From assembly GCA_050273025.1 (NCBI GenBank), contig CP158635.1, positions 14,570,001 to 14,634,000 of the forward strand: a stretch of 64,000 bases of DNA, in the 5' to 3' direction. Within the stretch, counting starts at the first letter, position 1. Each line of letters opens with the position of its first letter. This document shows, piece after piece, positions 12,317 to 24,135 of this stretch. Origin of the DNA: Cenococcum geophilum. Its lineage: Eukaryota. The notes beneath the pieces were generated by a model that was given only the letters and a program-made list of their open reading frames with translations, searched no databases and had not been told where the DNA came from. Position numbers and translations under genes: made by a program.

Positions 12317-13653
12317 AGTGACTGGCTCATATTGCGGCCCAACGTAAATAAAGTATTTATGTGAGACCTGAGAGAAGTAGAATATATGAGAACATCTATC
12401 CGCGGCATCTTAAATTCCGGTGAGTGGAACATAGGGGAAATATCAAGAAAGCCATGCGCCTGGGCGTAGGTTCTCAACCGTGGGGCTGTTGATGAGGAGT
12501 GCATGGTGGAAGTTCTTGGAGCCAATATTCTCAGTCGAGGGAAGATTTTATGATTGGAGGCGCTGGAAGCGGCGCAAGGCCGAGAAGACGCAAGCAACCA
12601 ATCACAATAAACTAACAAAGAACGTGCTCCTTAAACAAGACGATATTGGTGCTTCTTGGGCTTCAGCTGATGAGGGTTCAAGCTCACACTCGAATCTGAA
12701 CGCATTGCGTGAAAGTCTAGCATACCTTTCGGCCAAGCGAGCAAAGATTTTGTGGCTTGGGTTTGCCGCAGGTAGCAGGATTAACGGTTGATAGTAACAA
12801 CGAATACAAGAGCTGATCGTCAGTTACAAATGTTCCGAGAGAGACTGCTACTCGCGTTTCTCTTTAAGGGTGTCGCGCAAGTGAGATGGGTGTCAGATCC
12901 CTTCGTGTAGCAAGATTTCTTGCACTTTCGTATATGCAAGCCTCTCAAGCCAATCTAGAGGCTCTGTACCATTGACTTGGTGTTTAAGCCCCTGGTCGGT
13001 GCGATTGCTCGGCGGCAGGGGTGCTGGCGCTTAAATATTACAGTAAACAGCAGCAACGTGGCCAGGAAGCCTATATATAGAATATTTGGTGGTATAGTTA
13101 ATTGAAAAGCTTCGATATTATCGCCCTCTATTTAACCATTAAATCCTCTACAAAATATCATCCTTATGCCGCCTAAATAACGTCGTGCGTCTTCGGCTTC
13201 GAAGCCTCTAAAGCCTCCAAAAGTACCTGAAGCCTGGGAATCTTATCCACAATCCTTCCAAACGACGCAATATACACACGATAGCTTGGCGGCAATAGTT
13301 GTATAGCCTCTAGAGGCTTTAGTGGTTCTAGCAGCTGTGCGGCAGGTGGTGCTAAGTGAGGATATTGAGGAGGCCTAGCCAAAGGGCCAGGAACGTACAA
13401 CTATGACGTTATGTATCACGACTTCCTGCCTAGCTTCCTTAAAAATATATATTTGATGACCTTTTTATAGTGGCCTTTTAAAGCATCCTTCCATGAGGTC
13501 GATTTTTGCCTAACCGAGGTGTGCTAGCTAAAGCAGGACGCTAAATACGCCCCAATCAAAAATCGCATTTTGCTACGCGAAGGGGTAAGTTCATAGAATA
13601 CAGTATTTTTCTAAGAATAGAAGGGCGGTGTAGCGCATCTAACATCGAGCCTA

Positions 13654-13798
13654 CAAGGGGGCTACCTGAGCGGGCCAACTGCGCTCCCTGCTAGTTTTAG
13701 TGGCATTATAATGATATCCTATGAAAATAGTGTACACACGGCTATAACGCCACTAAACTAGCAGGGAGCGCGGTTGGCCCGCTCAGGTTGCCCCCTTG
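13654..13798. mobile_element. Fold-back MITE with ~57-bp inverted arms and TA TSD
   Basis: TA-caagggggctacctgagcgggccaactgcgctccctgctag... is inverted against ...ctagcagggagcgcggttggcccgctcaggttgcccccttg-TA, with a ~32-bp spacer. Confidence 0.8.
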
Positions 13799-14249
13799 TA
13801 GATCCTACTTAGGCCTTGGGAATCTAATTCCAGGTTCGTGGTTCACGTGCTCGGCTGGCACAATCATTGGGGTCTCGATGAAGATGCTCGGTGGGAACCT
13901 ACCTAGTAAGTCATCGCGGCATGACATGCTCCCTTCTGACTCTAATCATCTTCTCAAGCTACGAAAGTGGTGGGCCTTAATAGAAGTTGCAAAAGCAGCA
14001 GGGCCGGAAAAAAGACGGAGCGACAAGGCGCGATACCGGAAAAGGCAGTCGAGGGCCCCGCCAAACCGCAAGAGGCAGCGCACCAGGACCAACTTTACAT
14101 ACTGCTATAATTGATTCCTGGACTAGAGCATTGTTGGCACTGGAGAACCTTATCAAAGGCCGAGGACAGCGAATACAAAGCGGAGAAGTCCCTTTAGGGC
14201 CCTCATCTTGGCATTTATATCCTGATATATCTGTCGTAAATGACGAATC

Positions 14250-14402
14250 TGTCGAACGACGCGCTAATTGCGATCGTCGTCCTGTTTCCTTTGTGGGTAT
14301 AGACCAGGGGTGTCTTGGCCATTTGACTTGACTGTATATATTGAGGCTCAACAGCCTACATTAATTTGACAGAGTTCTCCTTCTTGACTGCACCGTTCAA
14401 CA
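14250..14402. mobile_element. Solo LTR (153 bp)
   Basis: Termini TGTCGAACG...CGTTCAACA with a perfect 5-bp TSD GAATC (14245-14249 and 14403-14407). Confidence 0.8.
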
Positions 14403-14421
14403 GAATCTCACCATACAAAAT

Positions 14422-14645
14422 TGTCGATCGGTAGTCCGTGCACCGATTGTAAGAAAAGAATGATGACTCTGTCTATTGAATGGTGGCTCTAGAGCCTCTA
14501 TATATACATGAGAAAGGTGTAGGAAATGAGAACGAGACGGGGGTAGGGGGGTGGCAATGGAAACAAGGGGTAGGTGACCGAGTCAATGACTAACTCAATG
14601 GGAGGTAGCTGAGTCGGTGACAAGATAACCTGATTCAGGTCGACA
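14422..14645 (-). mobile_element. Solo LTR, family B
   Basis: TGTCGA...TCGACA with TSD AAAAT/AAAAC. Homologous in inverted orientation to 22570-22740 and 55109-55287. Confidence 0.8.
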
Positions 14646-15278
14646 AAAACAATCTGATCCATTGATTAGCCTTGGGGAAATCACAACCATAGGACTGCAA
14701 AACAAACCAGACGAAGCTGACAATGGCATTTACTGGTCCCTTCCCTTAGCTCATATGCGATATTATGGAGATCCAACAGTGGCAACTTGACACACTGGGC
14801 TTGTGGAATCACAAGTCACCTTTGATCAGTTCATTTTCGTTGCTCTAGGAAGCGTTCTCAGTAGCTGGCGATTACTAGATCAGGATCTAGAAACACCTCT
14901 CCAGGTTATTAATATGCTTAGCGAGAGCGTAGTGAATACTCTTTCAAAACGCTCAACTAAGTCAAGGAGTCAAATCATGTTGGTCAAATGGATGAGCATG
15001 ATTTCCCGCTTGAGATTTGATTGCTGTGCATCGCTTACATCCTTTTCCTTTTTTTAGCTTTACCAATTTTGAAGCTCTTTTGAGTACTTTCCGGCCAGAA
15101 AAAGTTCAGCAAAAGATAGCGTTTCTTCGAAAATGGTCGCGAGCAACCTTCTCCAGCCACGACATTCAGGAAGCTATCATTGAATACTCAGAACATCAGC
15201 ATAGCAACATAAAATATACATATCTGGCACCCCAGCATGCCATTACTAGAAAAAGACCTCGAGACGGCAACTTCACTA

Positions 15279-15429
15279 TCCCTTAGCACGTTAGGGTCCG
15301 TAGACGAAGTGGCCCATGCGCGAACACCAAAATCAAAAGTACGTGTATGGTCACAGAGCCTTGATCTAATTGATTCTATTGGTTAGTTCTTATCGATAAC
15401 CTACGGACCCGAATTGTCGTGCTAAGGGA
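15279..15429. mobile_element. MITE with TA TSD (TCCCTTA family)
   Basis: TA-tcccttagcacg..gggtccgtag ... ctacggaccc..cgtgctaaggga-TA. Confidence 0.8.
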
Positions 15430-16299
15430 TACCAACAGCAAGAGACTTCCATTGGGTCGCAGATCCACCTAAGTATCACCTTCCAATTAACCAACTTAAT
15501 GATAGTTATGTTATGATCCCACCAGGCCCCGGCGGGAAGCCTGCTCCCTTCGAGTTTCTGTGTGGTCATCCAGCAGCCATTTATCTTCCCGCCAACCGGG
15601 AGAGGAAATCCAAGTCAAAATCTTCCAAACGGTTACCCAAGCACAATCACTTACGGGTCAAAGACATCTTCTATTGCCTTAAGACGGGCCTTTTGGAAGT
15701 AGCGCAACTTGCTAACCGCCTCTGCTTGGAAAGCTATCGCCACGAGTTTTCGGAGTATTTGGAGTCTTTCGAGGCTTTGTTCGTAGCCCATCAGATCTAC
15801 TCGAGTTTACCGGGCGCAAAGGTTAACTTGAATGTTACCCCCAAGCAACTGCAGTCGACATGGTGGAAGTCTCTTCGAGAGAAAAGGTGCCCCGATGGTA
15901 CAGTTCCTCTACCCGAGGTGTTCAGTTGCATCACGCTATTTGAAACAGGTTTTTTGGAGCTCGACCCTTCAAAGCTCGTAGACGCAGTGGTAATTTGCAG
16001 TGACAATTCCATATTTGTTGCAAGCCGGCTGCTGCTCGATCCTATGGCGGAGATCCCAGCAATTCCGGTGAAGCGTATTACTGGCAACATTGGCAAGCCC
16101 ATGTTTTCCATACTGATTCCACCAGCAGAACCGAAGATACTGCAGATTTATTGCCATTCTTGGAAAGTCGTTGCGCACGAAAACTTCGATGGGAAATTTC
16201 AAGACAGTTTTGCTGCTACTTCACTTCATCTTTCCTTAACTGGATACGAGTTTCCGATAGACGTTGGCGTCTATGGGGCGCGCGATCATAAGGCGTTCT

Positions 16300-19200
16300 T
16301 GTTAAAATAGGTATAGTTTAATAATTATTTTTATTGAGCATACATATCTAAGAGGGTGGGGAAGCGACAATTATATAGAAGAGTGTCAGAGGTTCCACCC
16401 GATAAGAAGCAATACACGCTAACTAGAACCTACTTTAATAGCCCCCCTTAAGCTAAATATAGGTAACAATATGAAGGTCATAAGAGACGTTAATATCTCT
16501 CTAAACCTAAAGCATCTCTAAATGCATAGAATGCATCTTTTAGCAGTGCCTTAGTGAAACCATCAGCTATTTATTAACTTGTTTGTATATATTCTAGCTT
16601 AATATCTCCGTTTATAATCTTCTTCTAAATAAAGTAATATTGGAGAGTAATATGCTTAGTTTAAGCATAAAACTTAGGGTCTTTTATAAGAGCAATAGCA
16701 CCTTAATTATTGGCGTAAATAATTGTTATGTAAGGGGATTTATTAGTTAGAGATAGTTTTTAAAGGAGTTGTCGTAACTAAATAGCTTCTTTTACTATAA
16801 CTGTCTGTGCTATATACTCTGCTTTATAGGTTAAAAGTGCCACCGTAGGTTGGCGCTTTAAGGACTAGCTAATTGCACCGCTTCTAATATTAAACACAAA
16901 TCCTAACGTTAATCTTTAAGTTTCTAAATTATCTGCCTAGCTAGAGTTTATAAACCCCCGAAGCGCTTATATCTTTCCTTAGAGGATAAGTTAGAGGTTA
17001 AGTGTACCGCATAAGTAGGAAAGTATTTAAAGAATAGCTTGTATATAAGACTTATTGGGATTAGAAGTAAAGCGACTAATAAGGGAGACGGCGAAGGCGA
17101 TATTAGGTTAAGTATTGAGCATAGCGTATATTAGGGTGCCAACTAGCGATTAGTATTAAGTCTTAAATATAGAGTTAGCCTAATAATCTACCGCTGCTAG
17201 TTAAAGACAAGAGGTTCCTATTGGCGTAAGGTAAGGGGAACAGTTTTAAAGACTAGCGCTATAAATAGCCTCTTTAAGGTAAGAGAATTGGCTAAGCCGT
17301 AGTTTACGGAGTTATTAATCTTAAGTTACTTTTATACTAAGGTAATAAGTAATAGGGCCTAGATTGGTTATGCTAAAGCGTCCGCTAAGTTAAGCTTTAA
17401 TAATCTTAATGTTAATAATATCTGGTTTAATAAGTAGGAGGTTATTAACGTAGACTATAATATATATGGAACCTTTAGCGAAGACTAAAGAGTTAGAGTT
17501 AAGGGGTTTAAAACTAGCATTTATAAGGAACTCTGAGAGCGTTTAATGCCAAACTTAAGGCGACTATTTAAGACCGTAAAGTGCTTTGTTTAGACAATAA
17601 ACCCGTCTAGTTCTATTATTAAAACCTTTAGGTTGATTAACGTAGATCTCCTCCTTAACGCTTCCGTAAAGGAAAGCGGTCTTAATATCTATTTATTTAA
17701 TCTTAAGGTCTTATATAGCTGCGATAGCAAAGAGCGCTTTATAGCTTATAGGTTTCACAACAAACGCGAAGGTCTTATTAAAGTTAACCCTAGCTTATTA
17801 TTTATAACCCTTTACTACCTACCTTACCTTATATTATATAATCCTTCCTTTACTATCCCGCTTATGCTTAAAAACCTATTAGGCGTTAAGAACTTTATAA
17901 TTAAGAGGTTAGTTAATAAGTGTCTAGGTGTTATTTACTTTATAAAAGCTGATTTCGTCTTTACTAGTGGAGTACTATTTATTATTATTAATATTAAGGG
18001 TAGATTGTTTCTATAACCTTAGCTTATAAGGTTTAGCTATAGGGGAGTTACTAAGTATAGTATAGAGGTGTTTAAAGGAAGGGGTTAAGAAGTAGGCAAG
18101 CGCTAAGAATGCTGCAATAGGTGGGTTTTCTCTAATGTCGACAGAATTGCGATACTTAAGAGGTAGTTAAGGCCTATTAGTAGCTGCTAGACGTTTTGAC
18201 TTCCGTAGGGGTGTCTTATTAGTAGCAAGGCGCTTTAATTTTTAAGCTTTCTTAAGGAGCTATTTCTCTTCTTAATACTGTTTACATCGGGTAGCGTAAT
18301 TAGGTGGAACTTCTTCTCCCTTAAATTAAGCGTTAATATCTAGAGTATTGGAGTTATATTTAACATATTATTCTTAAATTTAACGCTTATTACTACTAGG
18401 AACTGTTAAAACAGTCTCTTAGAAGTGGACAGCTAAGGCACGTATAAGCCGTCCTATCTCTTTATCTTAAATTTAAATAATATATTTACCCTTAAAGCTA
18501 ATAAGGTTCCCTAATCTTACCTTCTCATCTATATAAGAGCTAAACTTCTTCTAACTGCCGGCCCTGTACTAGATATCGCACCTAAAGGTGTAAATTTAGG
18601 AGTAATTAAAGACTTCGCCTTGCTCTATTTTATAGGGGGTTTGTATTTCCAACGATTTAATAGGGAGGATATTTTGTATAAAGTTAGTATGCTTAACTAC
18701 TTCTGGCTAGAAGTTCTTAGGAAGTAAGTAATTATTTATAAAGGTAAAGGCTCGGTTATATATTATGCGATTAAGTCGTTTTAAGGCTTTATTTTATTAT
18801 TAACTCTTTAGGGTCGAGTATAAGAACTAAATTCCCTTATTTGCAAGTTCTAGCTAAAAAGCATATCTAAGATATTCTCCTCCGCCATTACTATATAGCC
18901 GTAAGATAAGACTTCCTTGTTGTTTAACCTTTGCTTAATATTATTAAAAATAGAATAGGACTTTAGCCTTATACTTTATTAGATAGACTTTACTTATTTT
19001 ATTAACTTTATCTTAAAAAGTAATAAAATATCTTAATCTATTATAGCTAGCTACTTTTATAGGTCCTTTAATATTAGAGAATATGACTTCGTAAGGCTTA
19101 GTATTATAGTTAATAAGAGAATCCCAATATATAATATCGTGCATTCTGTTACATAGGTAGGCTTTATAGGTGCAGTCGTAAAGGTTTAGTAAGTGAGTAA

Positions 19201-22098
19201 AGTCTATCCCTTTTAATATTCTTTAGAGCTTTTATAAGTTCTAGGGGCTAATATAACTGAGCCTTTTATGCCATAACCTCTTGGCTGGGTTTCGTGAGCT
19301 GCTATATAATATATGGCTGGTTTAATAGCCAACTATAAAGGCTATAAGCCCTTCTTAATAGTCAGCCTAAGTATAGAGAAAGAAGAGGCCGGACTTACGA
19401 AACGCGTAAGCTATAAGCTCTAAGTTATAGAGAAAATCGCATCTAAGGTTAGATAGATAAAGATAAACTTAATTATCGATAAGCTGTAAACTAGATACTA
19501 GGTTGGCTTATAAATTAGGGACGTAAAGGATGTTAGTAAGAATAAGCTCTCTTTTAACTCTTAGAACTATAAGTCTTAAGTATATATCTTCCTTTCCTAT
19601 TAACTAGAGACACGTTTCTCTAATTCCGGAGATAATAATCTTCTTATTAGCTTAAAGATCTTAATAGGTAATAAATAGCTCTCTTGACCGAAACATGTGC
19701 TAAGTATACTTAGTATTAATAATAATTGCAGAGGAAAGGTTAATATTTAGTTTAGCTATAAAATAAAGTTATCTAGTAAGTTTGGAGGTATAGGAGCGAG
19801 GAGGAATGCGAATAATATAGGAAACCCGCCACTAATAGGCAATAAGGTATAGTTAGCAAAGTAGGTTATGTGTAAAGTAGCGTAAGTTCTTCTATAGGTT
19901 ATATACGTAGGCTAATAGTTTCTATGCTAATAGTAAAGGTTAAAGGGCAATCTGTATAAGCAGTAAAAGACTATAAAAGAAGAATAGTATACCGGCTATA
20001 AAGAGTCTAAAGGGAATAAATAAAAAATAATATAAGAGTAAATGGATCTGTGGTAAAGAACGTCTAATATAATCGGAAATACAGGAGTTTCGGCTACGAT
20101 TATTAAGGTGCAATTATAGCCTAGTTAGCTTGCTATAGAGTTAAAGCTTTTATAGCTACCTTATTTGTTGCTAGACTATAGTTAATTAAATAGCCATTTT
20201 TATATATTGCCTTAATTTAGTAAGAGGCTTGCCATTTATTGTTGTTATTAATAGTGCTATAGGTAATAATATAGATCCTAATAAGGAGTTGCTCTAATGG
20301 GCTCTTTATTATTTTCTAAAGTCCCTTTTATAAGTAGAGCGCGTATCCATCTCTACAGCTTTCTTAGGGTTTTTCTTTTGCTAGATCTCCTTTAAGTGGG
20401 GTTAAAGGATCTAGTATCTGTCTTCCTAGTAGCCAGCGCGTTTATATGGCCTACAATATAGTCTATTATATTATTATTAGCCTTACTAATTGTAATACTG
20501 CTAGCGGTAAGAGGCTTAATTTGTGTGTACTTAGAAAGCTACTAGTTAACTTTAGAGCATAAGTTGCTCTTGTATATGGGTAAGGCCCTAAACTTTTAAG
20601 AGAGTAAGGGTCTCGTTAGTAAGGGAGTGTGTAAGGTAAAATAATTCTTACTAGCTGTTAAAAGCAGGACTGAGACCATTAATAAACTTAGAGAGTAGGT
20701 TTATTCGGTCTATAGTATGGTTTTAGGTCTTAAGGTCTAAGTATATCTCCTTAAATTTAATAACGTATTCTTTAACGTTCTTATAGTTTGCGAGAGTAAG
20801 GTTTCACTATTTAGCGCATATTTTAGCGTGTGTTGCGTCTCCTTTTGGCTTAAATTCCGCGTGTAAGATTTTTATTATATTCTTAATTTCGATATAGTCT
20901 TTAATAAGGTTCTATCTGCGAGTACTATAGGTTATAGAGATGCAGTTTATTCCCTTAAGTTGCTTTCTCTTTTAAGCTTTAAGATCCGCCTAATAAGTTT
21001 TAATAAGTTTATTATAAGCGTCTCTCTTAACCTAAAGTTGGTTTATGGCTAGTCTGGCTCCTAGGTTAACTAGAGCGTCTAAATTAAAGTTATTCTTAAT
21101 TAGCCACTACCTGGTACCTTTCTTCTACTTCTTATAGTCTGTAGGGCTTTTAAGTGTCTAAATATTAGAGAGATTAATATTGGACTTAGAGTATTTAATT
21201 GCTATAATAACTTATAAGAGAGAAGCAAGTGTTTTAGTAAAAAGGTAGGAAATAATATTCTTTGGCTTATATACTATTACCTTTTTAGTATTTAGTGTAG
21301 TGCTAAGGATTTAATAACTAATAACGATAATAATGATAATAATAATGGCACTAGGAATAGTGATAGTAATAGGTAACTAAGACATTAATAGAAAACCTAA
21401 TTTAAGGTTAATAGATAGTAACAGGCAACTAAGACATAGTAAGAAAAGCTAATCTCGATTAATAGAATGTCTAAAATTTCTAGAGTGCGTATGTCTAAAT
21501 TAGAGTGCGTATATCCAAATATCCGAAATATCTAGAGTGCGTATATTTAAGGTGTCTAGAGTATATATATTTAAAATGTCTAGAGTATAAAGTGTCTGGA
21601 GTGCGTATATCTAAAATGTCTAGAATGTGTATATCTGAAGTATCTAAAGTATAAAGTATCTGGAGTGCGTATGTCTAAAAAGTCTAGAGTGCGTATATCC
21701 GAAGTGTCTAGAGTGTAAAGTATCTAGAGTGCGCATGTCTAAAATGTCTAGAGTATATATATCCGAAGTGTCTAGAGTGTAAAGTATCTAGAGTACGCAT
21801 ATCTAAAAAGTCTAGAGTGTGTATATCCGAAGTGTCTAGAGTGTAAAGTGTCTGGAGTGCGCATGTCTAAAATATCTAGAGTGCGTATATCTAAGGTGTA
21901 TCTTAAGACGTAGTATACAGGTTGCTGCGCGATAGAAGCGTCTCTGGGCTTATAACCTGTTAAAATAGGTATAGTTTAATAATTATTTTTATTAAGCATA
22001 TATATCTAAGAGGGTGGGGAAGCGACAATTATATAGAAGAGTGTCAGAGGTTCCACCCGACAAGAAGCAATACACGCTAACTGGAACCCACTTCAACA
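16300..22098 (-). mobile_element. Full-length RIP-inactivated Ty1/copia LTR retrotransposon
   Basis: 141-bp LTRs at 16300-16440 and 21958-22098; perfect TSD GTTCT; PBS GGTTAT(G>A)AGCCC next to the 5' LTR; PPT AGGGGGGC. Degenerate gag zinc knuckle, integrase (SNGGGEY), RT (KALYGLK*SP, VYVNNLL from VYVDDLL) and RNase H (TKHI, IADGFTKAL) occur in copia order. Confidence 0.95.
21465..21900. repeat. Degenerate tandem array (tctagagtgcgtatatctaaa-type units) in the copia 5' leader
   Basis: Repeated tctagagtg... units of about 15-24 bp between the PBS and gag. Confidence 0.85.
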
Positions 22099-22569
22099 GT
22101 TCTTTGTAGAGGCGGCCATCTCCTTGCATGATCGCGGAAAGTGGATGGCAGATCTCAATGTAATAAAAGCTCAATCTTCGTGGCAAAGCGCGTCTAAACA
22201 AAGCGGTTGCCAGCATACCGAGAATTAACGCGCAGATACTACAATCGCAAAGCCCCTCGTTTCTGTGGATAGTTGGATTGAGTTCCTTGACCTGCCACTT
22301 TCCGGCTGCATCGTGCGCGCTCGTGGCAATGCCATGGCACGGCTTGCTGCTGCTTCGCTAGTAGTGCAAAAGTCATACGATTTTCGACTTATTTCTCCGA
22401 GTGGTTGCTGGGTATATTTATTCGCTGAGCCCGGGGAAGAATATCCTTCGCCACCATGCGTATATTCTGCGCAGGAGAGTAATAGTGACCAGGAATCGCT
22501 GCCTGAATCTGGCGATTGGTTGTATATGACGGAAGAAGAGGAGTCAGACCCAGGTAGTCCTTTAGCACC

Positions 22570-22740
22570 TGTCGAGCTGAATCGGAGTTACTTATTACCG
22601 TCTTACCCTTGACTCGGTCACCGACTCGGTCATCGACCTGTGACTCATACCTTATGTATAAATAGTCTCTTTTCTTCATAGATCAATCTACACACGAGTC
22701 TTCCTTTTCTTACAATCGGTGCACGGACTTCCGATCGACA
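22570..22740 (+). mobile_element. Solo LTR, family B
   Basis: TGTCGA...TCGACA with a perfect TSD GCACC (22565-22569 and 22741-22745). Confidence 0.85.
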
Positions 22741-23252
22741 GCACCTTTATTCGCTGGGGTTGGAGACTTGCACGCTTCAATGTCTCCCCCCCGCACGACG
22801 CGGCAGACGAATCGAGTCCTAATATACTAACATTTTGCGTTTGGGATCTTTTATAGGCATGTTAGTGTGGTGGGTGATTGGTTCAAATGGTTTGATTATA
22901 CGTCTGGAATCAGCCTTCTAAAGTAGCCTTTTCGATGATCTCTCAATATTTGTGGCTGATAGTCTCCAATAGATGCATGCTGCGCGCATAGCATGCAAGG
23001 CTGGCCACTCATATCTATCACATATCGGGGGGGCTGATTTGGCGCGGTTACGACCCGGGTTAATACGAGGTTAGGGCCACCCCTGCTAATAACGCGCCCG
23101 AACCCCGCACGAGGTCGCGCAGCGACCGCCCCCAAGTACTTTCGCACGCGATTTTGGGCGAAAAGGTACATAATTTGTGTTAAATCGGTACTTCTGGACG
23201 GTCGCGTAATGTTACTCTAAATTTATAACACCTAAACGGGCTCTATTCCTAC

Positions 23253-23520
23253 ATTAAGGCGTCTTAGTTACTATAGTACAGTCCTATATTAAGACGTCTC
23301 GGTTACTATAGTATAGTCCTATATTAAGGCGTCTTAGTTAATGCAGTGCAGTCATATATTAAGGCGTTTTGGTTACTGTAGTGCAGTTCTATATTAAGGC
23401 GTCTTAGTTACTGCAGTGCAGTTATATATTAAGGCGTCTTAGTTACTACAGTGCAGTCCTATATTAAGACGTCTTAGTTACAAGTATAGTCCTATATTAA
23501 GGCGTCTTGGTTACTATAGT
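23253..23520. repeat. 35-bp tandem repeat (about 8 copies) downstream of the Crypton ORF
   Basis: Unit attaaggcgtcttagttactgcagtgcagtcctat, recurring at 23253, 23288, 23323 and onward. Confidence 0.9.
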
Positions 23521-23924
23521 AAAATAGGTATTATCTACTACTTAAGAGGGAGCCTCCCCTGCCCTAGATATTCTTATAAAGCCAATCTAAAGAATACCGG
23601 CCTCGTAGCTGTTCTAGCTAGTTAATAGCCTATCTCTTATCTCTTACCATACCGTCTTTTACGCGCCATCTTATATCCTTAATAATCCTACGGCGACGGC
23701 TATAGAACATAGCCTCGCCGTTAACCTACTAGCGTGCCCCCCAGTAGCAATTAAGAGCTTTAATTAACGGCCCACCTGCTAGCCCTAAAGTCCACTTAGT
23801 CCAAAGCTAGAAGACCGAATTACCGCCTTAAAGCATTTTATATTTCCTTAGCGGCGCCTACGGGTTAAGAATAAATAGAAGAAATAGTTAAGTATTAGCT
23901 TATACCTGCGCTAGTAGGGGCAAT

Positions 23925-24135
23925 ACGGATATAGTAGACGGCTAAGCGGGCGGTGCGGATATTATAGACGGCTAAGCGGATGGTACGGATATTATAGACG
24001 GCTAAGCAAATAGTGCGGATATTATAGACGGCTAAGCGGACGGTGCGGATATTATAAACAGCAGCTAAGTAGGCAGTACGGATATTATAAACAGCCAAGC
24101 AGGCGGCGCGGATATAGTAGACGTTATAGTAGACG
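23925..24135. repeat. ~30-bp tandem repeat in the Crypton linker (Pro/Ser/Ala-rich)
   Basis: Units gcggatattatagacggctaagcggacggt. The minus-strand frame reads PS..SAPPA(Q) repeats between the recombinase and GCR1_C domains. Confidence 0.85.

Larger units (their letters stand above)
14090..22569 (+). pseudogene. Large hypothetical fungal protein gene disrupted by five insertions
   Basis: Removing the insertions plus one TSD copy joins IIDSWTRAL..SSWHLYPDISVVNDE|SHHTK|QSDPLI..NGIYWSLPLAHMRYYGDP..., then the 15513-16299 ORF, then ...RDHKAF|FVEAAISLHDRGKWMADL...SVDSWIEFLDLP..RARGNAMARLAAA. A few stops and frameshifts remain. Confidence 0.75.

Noticed and set aside
14422..22740. Inverted repeats at 14422 and 22740 as TIRs of one 8-kb gene-carrying transposon
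   Set aside because: Each is a separate solo LTR with TG..CA ends and its own 5-bp TSD.
23253..23520. 35-bp periodic repeats as a CRISPR array
   Set aside because: The units are contiguous with no unique spacers, there are no cas genes, and the context is eukaryotic.
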